DNA of 64,000 nt from a virus. The position numbers were made by a program, and so were the translations under genes. Of this stretch, positions 27,213 to 36,743 are shown one piece after another; the first letter of the stretch is position 1; every line of letters starts with the position of its first letter. Below the pieces are notes generated by a model, which was given only the letters and a program-made list of their open reading frames with translations, did no database searches and was not told the DNA's origin. The stretch spans positions 1 through 64,000 of IMG/VR virus record IMGVR_UViG_3300046000_003154; one strand, written 5' to 3'.

Positions 27213-27869
27213 ATGGAGAAATTTATGTTCTATACAATATATAAAATAACAAATCAAATTAATGGCAAGCACTACATAGGTAGTCATAAGACCAGAGATT
27301 TGAATGACAACTATATGGGTTCTGGAAAGTACCTAAAACATGCCATAGGAAAATATGGTGAACAAAATTTTACCAAAGAAATTATGTTTGTTTTTGATAC
27401 ACCAGAAGAGATGTATCTAAAAGAAGGTGAAATTGTTAATGAAGATTTTCTAACAACAGAGAACACTTATAATTTAAAAACAGGTGGTTTTGGTGGTTTT
27501 GATTATATCAACTCAAATAATATGAGAAGTTATTCGAAAGAAAGAGCTAATAAAATTAGCTCAAAATTAAAAGAATATCATGCTGATCCTATAATAAAAG
27601 AAAAAAATAATAAATTGTTAAATGAAAATAGAATTAAGGCAACATTAGAAATAAAACGTAAATATCCAAATGGTACTTTTGTTAATAAAAAGCATACAGA
27701 TGAAACTAAAGAAAAAATTGGAAAAACTAATACAATTAAACAGAATGGTGAAAAAAATTCTCAATATGGTACAATATGGATAACTGATGGAACAAATAAT
27801 TTAAAAATAAAAAAAGATTGTGATATTCCAATTGGTTGGAAGTTAGGAAGAGTTATTAAAAAACAATAG
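27213..27869 (+). CDS. GIY-YIG homing endonuclease
   Basis: MFYTIYKITNQINGKHYIGSHKT ... YMGSGKYLKHAIGKYG (GIY-YIG); Lys-rich C-terminal DNA-binding region. Confidence 0.75.
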   Translation: MEKFMFYTIYKITNQINGKHYIGSHKTRDLNDNYMGSGKYLKHAIGKYGEQNFTKEIMFVFDTPEEMYLKEGEIVNEDFLTTENTYNLKTGGFGGFDYINSNNMRSYSKERANKISSKLKEYHADPIIKEKNNKLLNENRIKATLEIKRKYPNGTFVNKKHTDETKEKIGKTNTIKQNGEKNSQYGTIWITDGTNNLKIKKDCDIPIGWKLGRVIKKQ

Positions 27870-27877
27870 GAGTTATA

Positions 27878-28348
27878 ATGAAAAAGATAGATTTAGATGA
27901 AGTGAAAAAGTACATTGATTCTCAGACACCAGAGACTAAAATTTATCTTGGTTGTGACTCTGAAAGATTCAAAATTGATGGTCAGTGGTACGCTGATTAC
28001 ATTGTGGCTATTGTTGTTCACATTAATGGAAATTCTGGATGTAAAGTGTTTGGTGAAGTAACTCGTGAAAGAGACTACGAACAAAAACGCAATCGTCCCA
28101 GATATCGTCTTATGACAGAAGTGTATAAAGCTGCTGATATGTATTTAAAACTTTCAGAAATAGTTCCAGATCGTGACATTGAAGTTCATCTTGACTTAAA
28201 TCCAGATGAAGTGTATGGATCATCTTGTGCTGTTCAGGAAGCTATGGGATACATCAAAGGAATGTGTAATGTTGTTCCTATGATTAAACCAAATGCTCCT
28301 GCTGCTAGTTACTGTGCTGATAGATTTAAATCTCTAAAAATTGCATGA
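27878..28348 (+). CDS. hypothetical protein (possible RNase H-like fold)
   Basis: 156-aa ORF; IYLGCDSERF ... IVAIVVH ... HLDLNPDE pattern. Confidence 0.3.
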   Translation: MKKIDLDEVKKYIDSQTPETKIYLGCDSERFKIDGQWYADYIVAIVVHINGNSGCKVFGEVTRERDYEQKRNRPRYRLMTEVYKAADMYLKLSEIVPDRDIEVHLDLNPDEVYGSSCAVQEAMGYIKGMCNVVPMIKPNAPAASYCADRFKSLKIA

Positions 28349-28518
28349 TAAATGGATTTTCTAAGAGGAATACAAATTTTCAGAAAAGGTGATAGAGTGA
28401 TACATGAACAAACAGGAATTTCTTACATAGTTTCTTATGTTCATGTTAGAGGATATGAGTTGATGTTGAACATGGAAGATGGTTCAAAAATTAATTCAAA
28501 AGAAGTTTATAAAATCTC

Positions 28519-28547
28519 TTGACTTTGGAATTAAACTCTTGTATAAT
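28519..28547 (+). promoter_or_regulatory. strong sigma70-like promoter (TTGACT-N17-TGTATAAT)
   Basis: TTGACT 28519-28524, extended -10 TGTATAAT 28540-28547; precedes a 315-nt structured leader before CDS 28869. Confidence 0.55.
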
Positions 28548-28868
28548 TCATTCTGTTGAGAGATAGAGATAAAAAAGGATAGGTACTGCAACAATCATAA
28601 ACTACTATGACTAGTTTTTACAATAGAGGACAACAAACTCCTTTATATAAAAACAAACTGCGAAAAACTCGTAAAGCAGTTAAAAAAGATGAGAACAACT
28701 ATCCTGTTGTAATTTAGAGTGGTTCCAGCAAAAATAATACATTCAACTTGTAATTGAAACCGTAAAAACCCACTCTGTTGAATAAAGGCTAATTTCAGCA
28801 AAAACTAAAAAAGTTAAACTTGAAATTTAAACAAAAAATTAACCTGTTAAAAAGAAAGAAGATATATT

Positions 28869-30290
28869 ATGAATACATTTGTAAATGCAGTAGCAAACCA
28901 AGAAGCACGTACTGATAATGGTATGAAGGCACGTAAAAACACAGCTAATGCTTGTGTTGATCTTTTCTTTAAGATTGGTGCTTCTCGTGGTAAAGACGTA
29001 ACTAAGGACTTTATTGCAGCTTTCGTTGAAGATAAAGACCTAGCATTGCGTATTGCTGGATGGGTACGTGATGTTCGTGGTGGTGCTGGTGAACGTCAAA
29101 TCTTCAAGGATATCCTAAAGTATCTAGAAAAGAATGACATTGAATCAGCAAAAGCATTGGTTGCTAAAGTGCCAGAAATTGGTCGTTGGGATGATATCTT
29201 TGTGTTTGAAGACAAGGAATTGAAAAGCTTTGCCTACACTATGCTTGGGGATGCTCTACGTGCTAAGAATGGTCTAGCAGCAAAATGGACTCCACGTAAA
29301 GGACCAGTTGCAGCAGAAGTTCGTCAATTTTTTGGAATGTCACCAAAGTTTTATCGTAAATCTTTAGTTGAAATGACTAATGTTGTCGAAACTCAAATGT
29401 GTGCTAAAGAATGGGATGGGATTAATTTCTCACACGTTCCTTCTGTAGCTGCTGCACGTTACAAGAAAGCATTCAATCGTAATACTACAAAGTATGCCGA
29501 ATATGTTGCTAAACTTGTAAAAGGTGATGATGCGTCAGTGAAAGTTAATGCTGCTGCTGTGTTTCCTTATGATGTTTTGAAGGGTCGTATCACTTCTTAT
29601 GGTGTTGTTAGTGTTGATAAAACTGAGAGAGATCTTATCCAAAAACAATGGGAAGCACTACCTAATTATGTTGGGGATGCTAACATTCTTCCTTTGGTTG
29701 ATGTTTCTGGTTCAATGACTTGTTCTGCTGGAAAGAACACTACTGTTACTTGTCTAGATGTTGCTGTATCACTAGGACTATATCTAGCTGATAAGAATAC
29801 TGGTAAATTCAAGGACACTTTCTTGACTTTCTCAGGATCACCAGAATTGATTACTTTAAAAGGTAATATTATTGAAAAGATTGATCAAATGGTTAAATCT
29901 ACTTGGGCGATGAATACAGACCTTAACAAAGCGTTTGTAAAAATTCTTAACGTTGCTGTAAAAGGTAATGTTCCCCAAGAAGAAATGCCAAAGATGCTTT
30001 TGATTCTTTCTGATATGCAATTTGACGGTTGTGTTGATCATGATGACTCTGCTATTGAAATGATTCGTCGTAGTTATGAAGTAGCTGGTTATGAAATGCC
30101 AAAGGTAGTGTTCTGGAACTTAAATGCTCACGATAATGTGCCAGTTAAGTTTAATGAATCAGGAACTGCATTGGTATCTGGTTTCTCACCAGCAATCGTA
30201 AAACCATTGCTATGTGGAGACATGGAGGAATTCACTCCAGAAGCGATCATGCTAAAGACTGTGATGCAAGATCGTTATGCGTTAGTTTAA
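28869..30290 (+). CDS. vWA/MIDAS-domain protein with helical N-terminal domain (Ro60/TROVE-like or DUF2828-like)
   Basis: VDVSGSM (DxSxS MIDAS) near residue 278 followed by vWA-like beta-alpha pattern; about 270-aa helical N-terminal region. Confidence 0.45.
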   Translation: MNTFVNAVANQEARTDNGMKARKNTANACVDLFFKIGASRGKDVTKDFIAAFVEDKDLALRIAGWVRDVRGGAGERQIFKDILKYLEKNDIESAKALVAKVPEIGRWDDIFVFEDKELKSFAYTMLGDALRAKNGLAAKWTPRKGPVAAEVRQFFGMSPKFYRKSLVEMTNVVETQMCAKEWDGINFSHVPSVAAARYKKAFNRNTTKYAEYVAKLVKGDDASVKVNAAAVFPYDVLKGRITSYGVVSVDKTERDLIQKQWEALPNYVGDANILPLVDVSGSMTCSAGKNTTVTCLDVAVSLGLYLADKNTGKFKDTFLTFSGSPELITLKGNIIEKIDQMVKSTWAMNTDLNKAFVKILNVAVKGNVPQEEMPKMLLILSDMQFDGCVDHDDSAIEMIRRSYEVAGYEMPKVVFWNLNAHDNVPVKFNESGTALVSGFSPAIVKPLLCGDMEEFTPEAIMLKTVMQDRYALV

Positions 30291-30424
30291 GACAGTCTGG
30301 GGATTCTTAGGAGTCCTCATTTTGAAGTGTATTATTACGAAAATATTATAAACTAGGAAGGTTCGACCCGACTTATTATAATATTTGGTAGTATGTTGCA
30401 ACGGTAATATACTTCAAAATGATT

Positions 30425-30495
30425 GCAGGGTTAGTTTAATGGTAAAATTAGAGTCTTCCAAACTCAAGTCAAGGGTTCGATTCCCTTATCCTGCT
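30425..30495 (+). tRNA. tRNA-Gly (UCC)
   Basis: acceptor gcagggt/atcctgc, loop ctTCCaa, T arm aaggg-ttcgatt-ccctt, CCA encoded. Confidence 0.55.
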
Positions 30496-30507
30496 CCAAA
30501 ATTTTAT

Positions 30508-30581
30508 GGTGTCTATAGTGTAGTGATTCTGCATTTATGTCTGTGAAACATAAGGTATGGGTTTAATCCCCATTAGACACC
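30508..30581 (+). tRNA. tRNA-His (GUG) with encoded G-1
   Basis: extra 5' G pairing with C73; acceptor gtgtcta/tagacac; anticodon arm tatgt-ctGTGaa-acata; CCA encoded. Confidence 0.65.
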
Positions 30582-30603
30582 CCAATATATAAGAAAGAAT
30601 TTT

Positions 30604-31149
30604 ATGTCTAGCGTATGGATCACATCAGATACACATTTTGGTCATCATGGAGTTTGTAAATTTCTTACAGATGAAGGTGATAAACTACGTCCTTGGGATA
30701 ATCCTGATGATATGGATGAACATATGGTTAAAGTCTGGAATGAAACAGTTAAACCAAGTGATAAGGTATATCATCTTGGTGACGTTGTGATGAATCGTAA
30801 AGCTCTCAAAACACTTTATAGACTTAATGGTGACAAGGTTCTTATTAAAGGGAATCATGATATATTTAAACTTGAAGAATATACACCTCATTTTAGAGAT
30901 ATTCGTGCGTATCATGTGATGAACAATATAATGCTTAGTCACATTCCAGTACACCCAAATAGTAAGGGGAGATTTAATGGTAATATTCATGGTCATCTTC
31001 ATTCAAATAAAGTAATGAAAGATAATGGATATGGGAAAGACGTTATTGATCCTTGGTATCATTGCGTATGTGTTGAGCAGACTGATTTTAAACCCATACT
31101 TTTTGATGATGTTTTGAAACGCATGAAAGATAGTGCATCGGTAATTTAA
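30604..31149 (+). CDS. calcineurin-like metallophosphoesterase
   Basis: ITSDTHFGHH ... YHLGDVV ... KGNHD phosphoesterase motifs. Confidence 0.55.
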   Translation: MSSVWITSDTHFGHHGVCKFLTDEGDKLRPWDNPDDMDEHMVKVWNETVKPSDKVYHLGDVVMNRKALKTLYRLNGDKVLIKGNHDIFKLEEYTPHFRDIRAYHVMNNIMLSHIPVHPNSKGRFNGNIHGHLHSNKVMKDNGYGKDVIDPWYHCVCVEQTDFKPILFDDVLKRMKDSASVI

Positions 31150-31205
31150 TGGTAGAATGTCGCTTTTACACGGCGAATACGGGAGTTCGATTCTCCAACG
31201 ATGTA
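31135..31205 (+). tRNA. tRNA-Val (UAC), 5' end overlaps last codons of upstream CDS
   Basis: anticodon arm tcgct-ttTACac-ggcga, T arm gggag-ttcgatt-ctcc, CCA encoded; acceptor 6/7 pairs. Confidence 0.45.
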
Positions 31206-31216
31206 CCAAAAAACAC

Positions 31217-31245
31217 TTGTACGATAACATAAGTAGTGTTATAAT
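31217..31245 (+). promoter_or_regulatory. sigma70-like promoter for tRNA-Phe/Arg (TTGTAC-N17-TGtTATAAT)
   Basis: TTGTAC 31217-31222, TATAAT 31240-31245 with TG at 31237-31238. Confidence 0.45.
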
Positions 31246-31261
31246 ACATTTATGGTATTAA

Positions 31262-31334
31262 GCAACTTTAGCTGATGTGGTCATAGCGGTGGTCTGAAGA
31301 ACCATTGAAGTAGGTTCGATTCCTACAGGTTGCA
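31262..31334 (+). tRNA. tRNA-Phe (GAA)
   Basis: acceptor gcaactt/aggttgc, D stem gctg/tagc, anticodon arm gtggt-ctGAAga-accat, T arm gtagg-ttcgatt-cctac, CCA encoded. Confidence 0.65.
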
Positions 31335-31345
31335 CCAAAGAATTT

Positions 31346-31417
31346 CTGGCGTTAGTTCAATGGATAGAACAGTAGCCTTCTAAGCTATTAATAGGGGTTC
31401 GATTCCCTTACGCCGGA
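31346..31417 (+). tRNA. tRNA-Arg (UCU)
   Basis: D stem gttc/gaac, anticodon arm gtagc-ctTCTaa-gctat, T-loop ggttcgattcc, CCA encoded. Confidence 0.6.
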
Positions 31418-31440
31418 CCAAAATTGATAGGACATGCATT

Positions 31441-32517
31441 ATGGTAACGGAAAATCTCAATTATATTATTGCTGGACAGGAACCAAAATTTGACCATGAT
31501 ATGTCAAAGATTGAATTGTCACAAGCACTCAACTGGTATTCACAGAACAAGACCTCAAAGGATTCTGTAAAATACATTCACACATTCTTCAAAAAAGTTC
31601 ACAAATTAGACTTAAATTTAGAACATCACAAAAATCAACCAACAACATTCGGATACGTCTGTAAGATCGTATTAAATGGTGGATATTTACCACCAGAAAA
31701 TAGAAGTTGGTTTAATGAACAAGTAGACGAAGTATTAAAAAACTTCAATACAAAAAAGAAAAAAACAATACAACCAACAACAGAAATAGAAAAACCAAAC
31801 ATACAAGACAGGATTCAAGAAAGTGTTTCGGATATTCTTGGTCAGTTTGAAGGTTCTGTTGATGATTATATTCTAAGTTCTTTCAAGACTGTTCCTGTAC
31901 CTAAAGCTATTCTTCATGATAAGGCTAAAGGGGTTCATGCTCGTAAAATTATTGATTGGGCTAAAAAACGTAAAACAGAATTTGAAGAAGTCTACACAAC
32001 AGAAGACAAATATATCATCGAAGGATATTCAAATTTTTCTAGACTTCAAATCCGTAGGTTAATAGCGTATTTTCAATTAATTATCCAAGAGTGTTCTGAT
32101 ATCATTGGAACATCTGTCAAAACACGCAAACCAAAAAAGAAAAAAGAAAAAACACAAGATCAAATTGTGTCTAAGATTAAGGTGTGTAAAGAGTTTCCAG
32201 AATTAAATTTAAAATCTCTTCCACCAAAAGATATTCTTGGTGCTTCACAGGTTTGGGTGTATAATACAAAATATAAGAAATTAGGAGTTTATAATGCGAG
32301 TATTGGTGGACTATATGTTATTGGTGCTTCTATCACTAATTTTGACGAAACAAAGTCAACGCAAAAAATTGTAAGAAAACCTCTATTAACTCTCCCAGAA
32401 GTTTTAAAGAGTAGTAAGACAGCTTTGAAAGGGTTTATGACTACTATTAAATCAACTGAGAATCCATTATCTGGTCGTTTAGGGGAAGACACCGTAATAC
32501 TGAAAGTATTTAAATGA
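31441..32517 (+). CDS. hypothetical Lys-rich protein (358 aa)
   Basis: long ORF, poly-K tracts, no recognisable motif. Confidence 0.45.
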   Translation: MVTENLNYIIAGQEPKFDHDMSKIELSQALNWYSQNKTSKDSVKYIHTFFKKVHKLDLNLEHHKNQPTTFGYVCKIVLNGGYLPPENRSWFNEQVDEVLKNFNTKKKKTIQPTTEIEKPNIQDRIQESVSDILGQFEGSVDDYILSSFKTVPVPKAILHDKAKGVHARKIIDWAKKRKTEFEEVYTTEDKYIIEGYSNFSRLQIRRLIAYFQLIIQECSDIIGTSVKTRKPKKKKEKTQDQIVSKIKVCKEFPELNLKSLPPKDILGASQVWVYNTKYKKLGVYNASIGGLYVIGASITNFDETKSTQKIVRKPLLTLPEVLKSSKTALKGFMTTIKSTENPLSGRLGEDTVILKVFK

Positions 32518-33341
32518 AAATCGCATATTGTTCGGATTTACATTTAGAATTTAAAACATTGGAATTAACAAACACAGAAAATGCTGATGTTTTGGTGTTA
32601 GCTGGTGATATTCTAAATGCACAAGATCTTTATAAACACAAACAACCCGGAATGTTACCACCTTTACCTTGGGGTGCTGGTCAAGCTTCTGCATATAGAT
32701 TTCGTGAATTTCTGGAACGTGTTAATAGTGAATTCAAAAACATTATTGTAATTGCAGGAAATCATGAGTTTTATAGTGGTAAATGGGTGAAGAGTTTAAA
32801 ACATTTGCGTGATGAATATTCAAATTACTCCAACATACATTTCTTAGAACGTGATATAATATCTATCAATGATGTTACATTTGTTGGTGGGTCTTTGTGG
32901 ACGGATATGAATAGATTTGATCCACTAACTCTACATGCAACAAGAGATATGATGCAAGATTATAATATGATACGACATGATGATCTTGAATATAGAAAGT
33001 TAAAACCAGCAGATACAGCAAAACGTCATAAAGAAACATTGGGTTACTTTAAAGAAGTTGTGAAAGATAAAGAAAAGGTTGTTATTGTATCACACCATGC
33101 TCCATCTGTGCTTAGTGTTAATGAGATGTATAGGGGGCATTTTGCAATGAATGGTGCTTATTACAGTGACTTATCAGAATTTATTTTAGACAATCCACAA
33201 ATTAAACTCTGGGTTCATGGACATATGCATGATGATATTGATTATACATTAGGGGAAACTAGGGTTGTTTGTAATCCTAGAGGATACGCTGGATACGAAA
33301 CTCGTGCCAACACTTTTAATCTTAGATACATAGAAGTATAA
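32514..33341 (+). CDS. calcineurin-like metallophosphoesterase
   Basis: CSDLHLEF ... LVLAGDIL ... IAGNHEF ... GHMH. Confidence 0.55.
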   Translation: MKIAYCSDLHLEFKTLELTNTENADVLVLAGDILNAQDLYKHKQPGMLPPLPWGAGQASAYRFREFLERVNSEFKNIIVIAGNHEFYSGKWVKSLKHLRDEYSNYSNIHFLERDIISINDVTFVGGSLWTDMNRFDPLTLHATRDMMQDYNMIRHDDLEYRKLKPADTAKRHKETLGYFKEVVKDKEKVVIVSHHAPSVLSVNEMYRGHFAMNGAYYSDLSEFILDNPQIKLWVHGHMHDDIDYTLGETRVVCNPRGYAGYETRANTFNLRYIEV

Positions 33342-33356
33342 CAAAAGGAATATATA

Positions 33357-34205
33357 ATGATCATCTTTGATTATAATCAGGTAGCAATTTCAAACCTAAT
33401 GGAACAAATCGGATCTTCAAAAGAAGCAGTTGATGAAGATCTAGTTCGCCATATGATTTTAAATACTTTGCGTAAACATATTAAAAAATATAAACAGTCT
33501 CATGGTCCAGAAGTAGTAATTGCTTGTGATAGTAGACATTATTGGCGCAAGGAAATTTTTGCACCATATAAAGCAAATAGGAAGAAAAATCGTGACACAT
33601 CTGGTCATGATTGGTCTACGATTTTTCATTGCCTAGCATTGATTAAAGACGAGTTGAAAGAACATTCTCCATATAAAGTGTTGGAAATAGATACTTGCGA
33701 GGCTGATGATATTATTGGTGTTCTAACACAAAAATATGCACCATCAGAAAAAATAATTATTCTTTCAAGCGATAAAGATTTCGCGCAACTACAAAAGTAT
33801 CAAAATGTAAGTCAACATTCTCCTATTATGAAAAAGGATATTGTTGAAAAGATGCCAGATTTACAACTAAAACAATTAATTATTCGTGGTGATAAGGATG
33901 ATGGTATTCCAAATATTCTTTCACCAGATGATGTGTTTATTTCTGGTGGAAGACAAAAACCAATCATGGAAGCAAAATTATCTGTCTGGATGAATCAGAA
34001 ACCAGAAGATTTCTGTACTGGTGAAATGTTAAGAAATTATTATAGAAATCAAGCATTAATTGATCTTACGAAAATTCCAGAAGATATTGTTGGTAAAATT
34101 TTAGAGTCATACGAAACCACTAAACCAAAAAACAAATCACACTTTATGAATTATATGATAGAACATAGACTTAAAAATCTTATTGAGTGTCTTGACGAAT
34201 TTTGA
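33357..34205 (+). CDS. rnh: RNase H / 5'-3' flap exonuclease (T4 rnh homolog)
   Basis: MIIFDYNQVAIS ... VIACDS ... YKANRK ... IDTCEADDIIGVL ... ILSSDKDFAQL ... KGDKDDGIP aligns with T4 RNase H along its length (recalled from memory). Confidence 0.8.
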   Translation: MIIFDYNQVAISNLMEQIGSSKEAVDEDLVRHMILNTLRKHIKKYKQSHGPEVVIACDSRHYWRKEIFAPYKANRKKNRDTSGHDWSTIFHCLALIKDELKEHSPYKVLEIDTCEADDIIGVLTQKYAPSEKIIILSSDKDFAQLQKYQNVSQHSPIMKKDIVEKMPDLQLKQLIIRGDKDDGIPNILSPDDVFISGGRQKPIMEAKLSVWMNQKPEDFCTGEMLRNYYRNQALIDLTKIPEDIVGKILESYETTKPKNKSHFMNYMIEHRLKNLIECLDEF

Positions 34206-34248
34206 TCATATATACCTATGATACAATGCTATATTACTGGAGAAACTA

Positions 34249-34677
34249 ATGTCATCTGAAAAACTATATTCTGAAATCTTTGATGATTTTGTGAAAGCCG
34301 CAACAAAAGAGGCTAAGATTAATGTGTTGAAAATTAATGATCACCCTCGTTTTCGTGAATTTTTTATTATGTTGTTTAATCCTAGAATTGTTTTTGATGT
34401 GGAAATTCCTGAATATCGTCCAGCACCAGAACCAGCAGGAATGAATTGGACATACTTGGATAGTGAAATGAGTAAGATGTATAGGTTTATTAAAGATCAT
34501 CCAAAACGCACTAATGTCTCTCCAGTAAAATTAAAGAATTTGCTTGCTATGGTATTAGAATCTCTTCATAAAGACGAAGCTGAAATTCTTGTTAAATTAT
34601 TAAAGAAGGATTTGGATATCAAATATTTAAATCCAAAAATTGTATCAGAAGCTTTTCCGGGGATTGAATTAAAATGA
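34249..34677 (+). CDS. hypothetical protein
   Basis: 142-aa ORF. Confidence 0.45.
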   Translation: MSSEKLYSEIFDDFVKAATKEAKINVLKINDHPRFREFFIMLFNPRIVFDVEIPEYRPAPEPAGMNWTYLDSEMSKMYRFIKDHPKRTNVSPVKLKNLLAMVLESLHKDEAEILVKLLKKDLDIKYLNPKIVSEAFPGIELK

Positions 34678-35417
34678 AAGTTGCAATTGTCACACCAACA
34701 ATAGGAACTAAGTTTTTAAGTAAGTGTGTCGAAAGTGTTGACTCACAAACATATCAAAATTTAGTTCATTATGTTTTTATTGATGGTGCTCAATATTTAC
34801 CGCAAGTAGAAGAAACACTATTAGGAGCGTCAAAAGTTCGTACAGTGCTTCTTGAAGAGAATGTGGGTAAAGGTTGGTATGGTCATCGTGTGTATGCTGC
34901 AAGTTCGTTTTTGGTTGATGCTGACATTATATGCTACCTTGATGAAGATAATTGGCTTGACCCAACCCATGTGGAAAAAATGGTAAATAAGATAAAAGAC
35001 GGTAATGATTGGGTTTATTCGTTAAGAAAAATTTATGACAAGGATGAAAATTATCTTTGTGATGATAACTGTGAATCATTAGGAAAATGGCCTGTGTTTT
35101 TTGATAAAGATAATTATTTAATTGATACATCTTGTTTTGCTGTTAAACGTGATGTTGCTTTACAAATAGGTCATTCTTGGTATGGTCAATGGGGTGCTGA
35201 TAGACAATTCTTTAAAGCATTAAGAGAATACTTTCCAAATTATAGTTGCACTTCAGAATACTCTTTGTGTTATCGTTTAGATGGTAATCCAAATTCTGTT
35301 AAACCAGAATTTTTCGAAAAGGGTAATGAGTTTAACAGTAAAAAATATAATGGGAAATTCCCTTGGACAAAACAAAATTTACTACGGGTTGCTCCTAACA
35401 TAAATATTGTTTTATAA
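34674..35417 (+). CDS. family 2 glycosyltransferase
   Basis: VAIVTPTIGTKFLSKCVESVDSQTY ... YLDEDN (GT-A N-terminus + DxD). Confidence 0.55.
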   Translation: MKVAIVTPTIGTKFLSKCVESVDSQTYQNLVHYVFIDGAQYLPQVEETLLGASKVRTVLLEENVGKGWYGHRVYAASSFLVDADIICYLDEDNWLDPTHVEKMVNKIKDGNDWVYSLRKIYDKDENYLCDDNCESLGKWPVFFDKDNYLIDTSCFAVKRDVALQIGHSWYGQWGADRQFFKALREYFPNYSCTSEYSLCYRLDGNPNSVKPEFFEKGNEFNSKKYNGKFPWTKQNLLRVAPNINIVL

Positions 35418-35441
35418 AACATCTTATGATTGGTATAAAAC

Positions 35442-36020
35442 ATGAAAAAAAATGAAAATATTGACGCATCAGAAATGATGGTTGCTGTTGAAAGAGTTAA
35501 TTCTGGATTACTCAATAATCATATCCATTTTCTGAATGGTGATATTGATGAATATTCCGTTGGTGATGCCATTAAATGGATCATATATGAAAACACAATA
35601 GCAGAACAAGATAAAATGTTGACGTTATACATCAGTTCTTGTGGTGGCTCATTAAATGATGCGTTTGCTTTAATTGACATTATGCGCCAATCAAACTGTC
35701 CAATTAGAACAATAGGAATTGGTAGTATTATTTCTGCTGGATTTTTAATTTTTTCGTGTGGAACAAAAGGTGAACGTATTATTGCAAAGAATACTAGCAT
35801 TATGTGTCATCAATATAGTGGCGGTGCATATGGAAAACATCATGATTTACAAGCACACGTAAAAGAAATGGAATATACAAATACTAGAATGATTAACATT
35901 TTAAAAGAAGTTACTGGACTAGATGATAAAAATGTTATGTCTAAACTATTACCAGCAACCGATCAATGGTTAACACCAAAAGAAATTGTCGATTTGGGTA
36001 TTGCTGATATCATTTCATAG
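35442..36020 (+). CDS. ClpP-like (S14) serine peptidase
   Basis: GIGSIISAGF (Ser nucleophile context) and MCHQYSGG (His context) align with ClpP AASMG / IHQPLGG. Confidence 0.6.
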   Translation: MKKNENIDASEMMVAVERVNSGLLNNHIHFLNGDIDEYSVGDAIKWIIYENTIAEQDKMLTLYISSCGGSLNDAFALIDIMRQSNCPIRTIGIGSIISAGFLIFSCGTKGERIIAKNTSIMCHQYSGGAYGKHHDLQAHVKEMEYTNTRMINILKEVTGLDDKNVMSKLLPATDQWLTPKEIVDLGIADIIS

Positions 36021-36355
36021 GAGAAAAAAATGCTAGTTGGTGGGGATAAGAAAATTAGTAAACCAGAAAAAACAAAGTTTCGTAAAAATCAGGAAAATGA
36101 TTGGAACAATACGAAAAAAGAAAAACCTAAACATCATGACAAATCTTATTATAGATTAGTGAAACAAGAAGAAAGAGAAGTAGACGATGAACTATAAACA
36201 AACGATACAAAAACAAATTCAAGAACTTGAAGAAAAGATCCAAACATATTCTGGTGAAAAAATAGAATTAGTTAAACTATTAAACAATTTAAGGTTTATC
36301 GAATCCCAAGAAAACAATAATGTTTCCGATAATCGCCAACTACTAAAAGGGTAAT

Positions 36356-36664
36356 ATGCCAACATACCAATTTTATAATTCAGAAACAAAAGAACAATTT
36401 GAAGAGTTTATGTCTATTTCTATGAAAGAAGATCTTCTATCAAAGAATCCACATATCAATCAAATGCCAACAGGGTGTGCTATTGTTTCTGGTGTTGGGA
36501 GTATTGATTCTAAAACGGATAATACTTGGAAAGAGGTTCTATCAAAAGTAGCAGAAAAACATCCAGATAGTAATGTTGGAAAACGTTATGGGAAAAAATC
36601 AATTGCTCAAGTAAAAACTCAACAAATCATTCAAAAACATAGGGATAAATGGAAAAACAAATAA
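36356..36664 (+). CDS. hypothetical protein
   Basis: 102-aa ORF. Confidence 0.4.
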   Translation: MPTYQFYNSETKEQFEEFMSISMKEDLLSKNPHINQMPTGCAIVSGVGSIDSKTDNTWKEVLSKVAEKHPDSNVGKRYGKKSIAQVKTQQIIQKHRDKWKNK

Positions 36665-36743
36665 CGGTTCAATAACAATAGCGCATCTAGGAATATCTTA
36701 ATAACAAGAGGTATTCCTTTTATTTTTTTAAAAGGTATAATAA

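Noticed and set aside
31003-31230. minus-strand 75-aa ORF across tRNA-Val
   Set aside because: Antisense to a tRNA and to the phosphoesterase gene end; spurious.
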